Of a stretch of 64,000 nt of DNA, positions 54,581-64,000 are shown one piece after another. The position numbers and the translations under genes were made by a program. The DNA lies in assembly GCA_000165425.1 (NCBI GenBank), contig CT868065.1:62001-126000 (forward strand). The letters run 5' to 3'. This stretch comes from Paramecium tetraurelia. Taxonomy: Eukaryota. Position 1 is the first letter of the stretch, and each line of letters begins with the position of its first letter. The notes under the pieces are model-generated. The model searched no databases. It worked only from the letters and a program-made list of their open reading frames with translations, and was not told the origin of the DNA.

Positions 54581-55832
54581 GTTCAAAATATTATTATTAC
54601 ATTATTTTATTAAATTTTAGGCAGTTTCTTTGTTTTTGGTTTCCAAGAAGACTTTCCAAATTTGTGTTTTTTCGAATATCAAAATCTAAGAATATTAAGT
54701 TTGTTTACTTTCTCGATTTAGCCATATTAGGAGAAGTGTTTATATATTTAATCATGAGTAATTGTTAATTATTTCTTATTTTGAATACAAAGAAGAACGA
54801 CCTTGGTTAATGCCATTTTGTGTTTGTTATTTATTATTTTTAATCATTCGTAATTTGGGATTAGGATTTAACATTAACTTACGTTAATTCACAACGATAA
54901 TTTTAGATAATTAAAATTATACAAATTATATACTCGATATTTCATGTTGTATATAAATGAAAATGGCATTAAAATATGACCCAATATTAAATTAATATTC
55001 TAAACTTCAAAATAATTCATTCTCATATATAAAAATGACAAATTCAGGTAAAATATGACTAAAATAAAGACAAAATTCATTTCTCTGCGACAAATATTCA
55101 TTGATTATCCATTCATTTTTTCAAAAGATTTTTAATGCAATCCCTCTAATTCTATTTTATATCCTGATATATCCTTAAGTGATGATATTAACTTAATGAT
55201 GATTTTACTATTGAATTAACATGAACTAGCTACATCTTACTAAGAATTAAAATGAATTGTTAAAAAGGTTTTGTTATCAATTTGACAAAAATATTAAATA
55301 ATGTTCTCTAAATTAGTTTAGGAACTTAAAACAAATGTAGTATAATCAAAAACTATTCTTCTCAGCAAAAGACCATCTGTATTAGCAATCTTTTTTATAA
55401 TTTTGAATTTAAGCATAAAATAATCTCAATAGTTTAGTTTCAAATGTTGTCTCGTATTCATCAATACTTAAAATGCCCTTTCATACTTATTTGAATCTAA
55501 TATAAATTTAAATTCAAACAAATAGAGATTAGCCAAATCAACTTCTATAGCAGCACTCTAATCTCTTTTTCATAGGGGCAAGAAGAGTCATACATTTAGT
55601 TTTCATAAATACATATCAGTAATTACGTCATACGTCTGAATAAAAACAATATTAAATAAAAATTATTCACTCAAAAATGAATGAGTCTATTTACAATGAC
55701 CCATTTCTGTCAGAATAATAAGATATTCAAAATTTGTTAGTAAGTGATACCATAAAATTGATAAATTATAATATTCTATTTATTATTTATTGAAATTACA
55801 CATTTATGAAACAATAAATTATATAATAATAA

Positions 55833-57672
55833 ATGATATTTTTTCAAAAATCGAAATGTTGTGTGTGTGCAAAGGATCTATAAGCATTGTAAGAATTTAC
55901 AATATTAATAAAGAAAGTTGAGAAAAAGCTATAGATGTAAGATGTGTCACCAAGATGTTTGCATTAATTGCAGTGAAAACCGTGTTAAAGTATAAATACC
56001 TTAAAATTAGTTATATGCCAAACCAAATGATTTTGTTAAAGATTTCAATTTACCATAACGTGTGTGTGATAACTGTTTTAGAGATTATTCATATTATCAA
56101 AAATTAATTTAAGAATATGGACTCAAATGGAATACTAGATCATTGCTTCAATCAAAATGGATTGGGAAACAGGAAAGGAAAATTAAGATTTAAATAGGTA
56201 TTTCCGAAAGCGACAGGGAAATTATTGATAAAGATGTTATCACAGGAAGATCAGAGGCCTTTTTATTTAATTATAGTTTAAGAGAGTTTATTACCTAATG
56301 TTAGGAAGGTTATGATCAAACATATATAAGGGAATCAATTATTAAAGTATTATAGCTATTTGTTACACATTATCCAATAATTGGATATTGCTAAGGAATG
56401 AATTAGATAGCAACAATTTTGTTGTGTGTTTCTGATGAAGAAGGAGCATTTCACATTATGAATTACATTTTCAAATAAATCATTCCTCCAAGATTCTACT
56501 CCAACTCATAGGGAGCCACTTTGATTGGTTATTAAGCAGAACTTTACTTTTTGAAAACATTGTTAAAAAGTTTGAACTTATAAAATTTTGATTAACTAAG
56601 CAATTTTTTAGATGTTTCAGGACCTCAAATGTTGTTAACTTTGATGTTATAAGTGTTAAATACAAGTTCCTTATTAGTCACTTGGGGAGAAATGTTCAAA
56701 AGGAACTCTTTCATTCCTATTGATCAAGCAATCATTCTTTCTTTAGTTCAGGCATCAAGAACTTTTGATCTAACTAAGTAAGGAATCATTGAAGAAATAG
56801 GAAAGAGTATATTTATATATACTATCTTTAGATATTAAATATAGTGATTTATCTTAAATATTCAGTAAAGAGGGTGCCTATTTCACTAGCTTTGAAAGGT
56901 AAGTATAAATAGAACAATATTATTCATAAACAAGCAGATCCTGGGTTAATAATGAGAAACTAATACTCTTTAGACTCAAGAAAATCACCAATTTTGACAC
57001 TGAAGAGATCCTAGAAATCTAGAATGAATTTAAAAAGTATTGCATGGAATCAAGGAGTGTATCCATAAGTAGACATGATAGACAAAGTATTAAATAATCA
57101 GCTTAATTAACTGATTCTTCTGATGATGATACTGATTATCTATAAAATTTGTAGATATAGCAGGTTAAGTTACAGAAGTATGGTATAAATAAGGAAGCAT
57201 TTCTTGATCTTATGGTATTATGATCTAATTATATAGATTTCTTTAGGAATAATTTCATTAGCATTAAACTAAGTATCAAATTTTAGATCGACATAAATAT
57301 GAATTAGTGTTTAATTTATTTGATGAAAATAAAACAGAATTGCTAGATTTTAGAGAGTTCTTGATTTGTTTGAGTATCTTATTAAGAGGATCCTTTGAAT
57401 AAAAATTGAAGATGTTTTTCACTGCACACACTGGATCTAGTTTGAAAGATCAAGAATTTTAGACTTTGTTATCAATAATTATTCCATAGGATTTACAATC
57501 ATAGGATGAATATCAATCATTCTTGAAGAGAATATATAAACCTCAATATTCTTATTAAGATATGCTCTAAGTGTCTTAAGATCCATTTGTTTCAGATAAT
57601 GAATACAAGAGGGAACGAAGTCAAACGTCGGTAATAATAGCATAGTCATTAAACCATATAAAATACAATTGA
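55833..57672 (+). CDS. FYVE-like, TBC (Rab-GAP) and EF-hand protein
   Basis: CCVC...CKMCHQDVCINCS...RVCDNC; IGYCQGMN; FNLFDENKTELLDFREFLICLS. Confidence 0.88.
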
Positions 57673-57934
57673 TTTCATAATCCTTAGTTTAGCTATTCAA
57701 TATTTATTATTATTGATAATATCTCAAATTTTTATTATAATCCTGAGACTAATAGAAATTCTCTGGAATTCATCTATTTTCCAGAAGAATAAATTAAATT
57801 CAATTTGATTATCAGAGATAATGAATAATTGTAATGTGACAAATAAAATTAGATATTCTTGCTTTATATAAACTATTTATATTATTGAAATATGTTTATT
57901 TTCTATTGTACTAAAATATAATTAATGATCGTAA

Positions 57935-58607
57935 TCAACGATTGGTTTTGGCAACTTTCTCTAACTCGTCTCTCTTTTTAATAGTGTATGACTTTTATCC
58001 ATCTTCATTGGATGCTGCAATCAATTCATCAGCTAAGGCTTCTGCAATAGTTTTCATCTTCTTGAATACAGAATCTCTGACTCCCTTGGCTAAATTATGA
58101 ACAGCCTTTTTAATATATTTGAATTCCTTACTTCATTAACTCTTCTAATTGGAGCAACATCAACTGCTTATTATTTGGCAACACCACCTGTTCCTACTTT
58201 AGTGAAATCTTCTCTGGCTCCACCTCTTTAGACAGCTAATGACAATACTGCAAGTGGATTCTTGCCTGTCAATAAATGCACTATTTCAAAGGCATGTCTG
58301 ATTATTGCTACAGCCTTTACTTTCTTACCTGTATTTCTGCCGTGAAACATAAGTGCACCAGCTAATCTCTCAACTATTGGGCATTAAGCCTTTCTGAACT
58401 TCTTTCTTTGATATCTATAAACATTATAATGCCAATTATATACCTTCCAGCAGTGTGGGGAACAAACACTCTTGATTTTGATGTTTGAACTGCAATATAA
58501 TCTTTGAAGCATTAATCTGTCACTTGTACTTCATCATAATCCCATTTTCCAAATAATTTAGGTTGGTTTGCAAATTTGACTGTGGCCACAGATTCTTATT
58601 CAGCCAT
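57935..58607 (-). CDS. RPS5: 40S ribosomal protein S5 (uS7)
   Basis: [60 protein letters not shown]. Confidence 0.97.
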
Positions 58608-58700
58608 AATAATTTTTTTTAAAAAGGATTTTTATTTATTTAAAATTTTATATATATACATATACAGGTAAGTATATAGAATCGATTAAGATACTTGTGA

Positions 58701-60481
58701 TCATTTTAATATATCAAATATAATAGAGTATTTAAATTTGCTTAGTTATCTGAACTGCTCATAGATCTTCATCATTAAGAGATCGTCTAATTTTGGAGAT
58801 AAGTTGACATCGTTATAATCAAGAGCTTTCCTAAACTCTTAAATATTGCAATGATCTCCCTGCAATTGCAAATATGACACAATTTTATTTTAGTATTATT
58901 TCATCACCTAATTTATCTCTATAATAATACTTAGCATAGTTATGCATCTAATACTTTGTGCTCTTCACCTGAAATTAATTCATATGGTTTTATGAGATTT
59001 TTAAATATACTAATTGCAATGACAATATCATTTGAACAATTTACATCGTAATAGATCCACTCTTCTTATTCTGGTTCTATAATAAATCTAGCTATTAAAG
59101 TAGCCTATTCATCATTTAATTCAAATGGCTATTATTTAAAAGTTTCAATTAAATCTGACAATGTCAAACATCCTTTTACAGATTTTGAGTAGATAAATTG
59201 ATCTAATCTATTAAAAGGAATTTCATTCAATTTTAATTTCATTTATAATTCCAATAACATTAAAGAGATTTCATGAAAGTTAACTTTCTAAATCCTTTTC
59301 TTATTTATGATTACTGAGGCATGCTTTTTATTTCTATCGGATGACTCATTAGGTTAATCAATTACAGGTAAAGACTTCCTTTTGTCTTCATTCTCCAATT
59401 AAAATATTTAATCCTTCAAAGTAGCTATAACCAAATGCAAATTATCGATATCCTTTTTATGATAGAAGTCTTTCTATTACAATTATTACTCTAAATCGGT
59501 TATTTTCTTCTCTAGTTCAGCTATCTACTCTTATTTATAAATTAACAATTATTCCTATCTCTAATATGACATTTATTGTAAATCTAATTTTTACTACCAT
59601 TATTTATTAAGATCAGCAATGGTTTTCTTGGGATTGCTATATTCAAAATGAGTTAAGCTTAATTCCTTATCTTTTTCTTAAATAAGCCTTTCAATTTATT
59701 ATCGCCTAAAATTACTTTAGTGTAATTCAGTTTCAAGTTTCTTAATTTTTGCATTCAACTATTGTATTAGTTACTAGTTATCATAAAGTTACTTAGATAG
59801 ATAAATATTATCTTTGTTTAATTCATCATTGTTAGCAAATTAACTAGACAAGAGATATTAATTTAAATTACCTGATATGTCTTTAGGCTTAATACTTTTT
59901 CAGTAATTCTTCATATTCTTTTTAAATAACATCGTATTGAATCTATAATGAAATGGATGGTAATACTTGCAATTCAGTATATCTAGTTTTTCTGGTGTCT
60001 CTTTTGAGGTCTTCAATTTATTGATTCTTTTGTTAAACAGTATTTTCTAATTCTTTTATTTATTTAGAATAAGCGATAATCTAACAAGTCTATGAAGATA
60101 TATTAAATATTTCCTCATTAAATGCTTTAGTGTAATCACTCTACTGTGTTTGCATCTTAGAGTCAATGTGAAGTTTCTTATTCATTTGCAATGCTTTTTC
60201 CTGCTTATTCAATTATTTCTAATTAAATTGTATAAGCAATTACTTGAAGATGCTAGATTTCAAATCTGAGCTTGGCATTGTTATCATTCAATAAATTGAT
60301 TTGCAATTTGAGATGCATAACTGTTTCTTCTAGTTTTTCTTTATCTTTGGGCTATTTAAGAATCACTAATAATAAATATAACATTTGCCTTACATTTATT
60401 AGTTGTAAAGAAATGCTATTTGCATTCACTCCTACATCCAGACGATCTTCGAGCTGATGATATACGAAAAGGGGAATTCAT
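58701..60481 (-). CDS. Hypothetical long coiled-coil protein
   Basis: MNSPFRISSARRSS...KDKEKLEETVMHLKLQINLL; heptad-rich; TGA 58701-58703. Confidence 0.75.
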
Positions 60482-60524
60482 ATGAGTTAATTAATTATAT
60501 AATCATAAAATATCAAATTAAAGA

Positions 60525-62505
60525 ATGGATTTACAACATTCTAAATCTTATGCAGCATTGACTTAGTAGAGTAGCTAGCTATTTAAACCAAAGCAACTCT
60601 CGTTTAAATAATAGATGGGTATATAATAAGATCAATAATCCAGCATAGTAGCCTACGCAGACTCATAGATTATAGATACAGGCACTTACGACGCCAACAA
60701 TGACAGAATGTGATTCTAAGTATGATCTCTAAATTATGAAGCCCTTATCTAAATTAGCAACTTTATTCATTTAAATCCTACAGAATATCCACTGAAATGA
60801 TAAATGGATCTCCTATTGATCAAATATAATTGATATTGAGGGAAAACGAGAATTTAAAACGATCATTAAACCAAAAATAGTAGATTATAGAATCCTTAAA
60901 TCGAAGTCGCAAAGTTAAACCAAGATTGGACTTCAGTGACTTTAAAAAGAACTCTAGATCTCTTGTTCAACCGTAAAGTTAGCAGGAATCCATCAAACCG
61001 AAGAATGTTGAAATAAAATAGTCCATCTCTTAAAATTATAATAAACGCATTAAATTGCCAAAAATAGAGGATTCCATACCAACCAAGGAGGATGAATGTA
61101 ATTTCACATTTGCCAATAATTTTTTCAACAATAATACTTGCAAAAATTAAAAGATCAACTTCAAATAAGTGTTTACATAGTCTCATTTGAAGAAAAAATT
61201 TTTCACTTGATAAATTTATATTATTTAATGACAGAATATTGTGATCAAATTGTGACATCTTAAATCATCAGTGATGTAATAAAAAGAGCACCGATACTGG
61301 AGACAAAATCGATTTCCTACAAAGTATAATTCAAAAGTACTGACACTGAACCTCATTTGTAATTATAACATAATTTATTTTGAATGTTTTAGAGCCTGGG
61401 AAACAGTTAAATACACATTCGAAATTATCAAAACAGATTTGATCCATGGTATAGAAGAAAACCATTTATTTACAAGAAGGTATTACTAATAAAATATGTA
61501 GATATTCACATTTTGAATGGCTATAAAATGAGTTAGAAACTAAACACATCGGAAGAATACTACCCAGTTTACCTGAAAAAACACAAAATTATGATAAAGA
61601 TAAAAGGTATATGTATTTAATAAACAATAGAAAATATGAATTTTTATATTACATGTAAAAGTTATTAGATCATAAATTATTAAGAAATTCAGATGTTTTA
61701 TAGAAATTCATTAGCAAAGAATTCAAGGTATTTATTAAGTTATTAATATAGGATTTCAATGATTTTTAAGAATACATTAATAAACTTAGAGATTAAAATA
61801 CATTAATTAATAGAATAATGAACACTGGAGTTTCTTTCGTTTCACTATTTTCAAAATGTGTGAGTTTTGGATCTTCTACAATCTTACCGAGAGTACCTGA
61901 TAAATAGGACTTAGATTTCGATGAAAGTAAACATTTTTTTATAATCTTGAGTTTCGAAAGAAATTTAATTAAGCAAATAATAGACTGAAATCATATATTC
62001 AGATTTGTAAAAAATAGTTTAAAAATTATAAATTCAATCAAAATCACTGATAATCAGTCAAGAAATTTTCAGTAAGGCAATTCAATATATTTTAGTAATT
62101 GAATGTTAATAAAATGATGAATTCATGAAATTAAAAAGGATAACAAAAATATATGAAAATTTCTAAATGCACCTAAAAGAGACATTCATTTATCGACTTG
62201 AAACCTGTATTAGAGATTACGTTTAGGCTTTGAAAATTATTAACGAGTATAGAGAATTAAAGGATCAAATTTACAAAGATTCTTAATAAATTAATAACAT
62301 TAATATTGGGAAATCAAAGTTGGAGGAGCTTAAATATACTTTAAGCAATAATAAATAAAAGGTCGAATAGATATACACCAACTTTTTAGATGATCTTCCA
62401 ATGTTCAAATAAACTTCGTAATTGCATTTGAAAGATATCTAATCTAATTTTCATTCAGAACTTTCAGCATTCTATTTTACACTAAAAAACTTAAAATAAT
62501 TATGA
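60525..62505 (+). CDS. PX-domain (sorting-nexin-like) protein
   Basis: FTRRYSHFEWLQNELETKHIGRILPSLPEK...LLDHKLLRNSDVLQKF; helical C-terminus. Confidence 0.8.
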
Positions 62506-62566
62506 TATATAATTCAGTTATTTTGATATTGAATTTATTTAATTAAGTTATTGATATATTTCAAAA

Positions 62567-64000
62567 ATGTCTAGTAGCAATTAATAGGATGAATCCTACG
62601 ATGAAGAGTAAGAAGACGATGAAGTTGAAACTGTTTAGGAAAATGGTTTAAAATAGTTATTCAAAAACCAAGGTATATTATGTTAAATTAACTTAAAATT
62701 AGAGTAATTCATGTAATAAATCAATTATCTCAATGAACAAGCAGTGATTAAAATTAAACTCTAAAAGTTCAAAGAAGCCATGAAGTTACTTTAATAATCA
62801 GAATAAATGTTGGAAGTATTCCATATTCATTATCCATAGTATGCTGCAAGTTGTGGCAAAACCATAGATAAAAACTTAATTATCGTTGTTCTCTACAATT
62901 AAGCATGTGGATATTAGTGGTACAAAAAATAAACTATATTTAGTTAATGGGTTTTGGACAAATGTTCTAAATATTTATCTGGAGTGATTTATAATATGGA
63001 AGAAAGCATGAAAGAAGAAGAATAGGATACAAACAATCTTGCAAGCGCTTAAGAAAGTGATGCCTCTTTAGTCAAAAAGAAAGCCTTTCTAGCAAGGACA
63101 CTCTTACAACACACAGCTATCTTGAGTCAATTAGGAAAGTATAAATTAGCATTAAATTAGACATAAATTAGCATTACAATCTGCTAGAAAAGCAGCTAGT
63201 ACAATGAGGGAAATATTTAAGATAGCTTCTCAATTTTGTAAGGACTGGTTAAACAAAAATGGATCCCTGGGATCAGCAACAACTGCCAATTCAACTCTAA
63301 CAACGAAGTCAAAATAAAAAAATAATAAATTCCAAATGAAAGATGAAGTAGAATTCAGTAGATTAGTTATTGATGCCAGTAAAGATATTCTCTAAGATTT
63401 GTCAAAGTAATAAGATTTAGATAATATATCTAATAATGAATAACTGATACTTAGAGAGGCTAAGAGATAGTTATATTTCTGGAGAAACAATCCAGAAAAT
63501 AATGAAAAACATATTCGTAAAGAATTGAGATTAGATCAAAAGGAAGATGATTATCGTTCCATCCTTGGAGTTCAAAATGTGCAGGAGTGGATTCAAACCT
63601 TCAATATTGGTTTCATCATGCACATGACTCCACAAATCTATGAAGACTTCTCATCGCAAGGAGAAATGCTGTATGAGATATCCAAGAGATTGTTGCTGGA
63701 GAAAATCATTTATTTATCTATATCCTACTTCACCATTGCAACTGAACTAAGGTTTATTGAATTAGATAAAGCTAAACAATAAGGAATCAAAGACATTAAT
63801 ACTGACGAGTTTAAATTAAGCGAATTATATCATCTCAAAGCAGTTGAAATTGCTTGTAAAAACATTACTTGCTCATCTCCTTATATTAATCATTTAATCA
63901 CAAGTTATCACAAACATTATAACTCTAATTTAGATACTATATAAGAAGAATCTATGATGTCTATGGTATCAGAAGTGAATTACAAAGAATAAAAATTATA
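62567..64000 (+). CDS. Hypothetical helical/TPR-like protein (partial, runs off the window)
   Basis: MSSSNQQDESYDEE...; YAASCGKTIDKNLIIVVLYNQAC; several short introns; no stop seen before the window end. Confidence 0.75.

Overview
AT-rich, gene-dense eukaryotic DNA typical of a Paramecium macronuclear chromosome. TAA/TAG read as Gln, TGA is the only stop, introns are mostly 20-30 nt GT...AG, intergenic gaps are very short, and an epiplasmin gene is present. The supplied standard-code ORF track is therefore mostly fragments or antisense artefacts. I re-translated by eye with the ciliate code, so boundaries are approximate where noted. About 35 protein genes are visible, including a DUSP-USP deubiquitinase, a cNMP-binding channel-like protein, Prp17/CDC40, a double SP-RING protein, WD40 and TPR proteins, epiplasmin, UPRT, EF-2, an RSPH14-like protein, a PHD protein, COP-epsilon, two tandem SET methyltransferases, an RCC1 protein, Rab6, an MFS transporter, an SCP-type phosphatase, eIF3g-like, PTB-like, FYVE-TBC-EF, RPS5 and PX proteins, plus an ING pseudogene. 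The best candidate for an undescribed system is a tandem array of three apparently intronless AIG1/GIMAP-like GTPases (23383-28953). Each is fused to an RBR-Rcat(RING2)-like Cys motif that is split by a divergent insert of about 130-150 aa. Other oddities: two long introns (80 and 71 nt) in the PHD gene, exact 102-nt one-TPR exons, a 1-nt frameshift in EF-2, and a possible intronization in the RCC1 gene. I saw no rRNA, tRNA, CRISPR, transposon or telomeric repeat.
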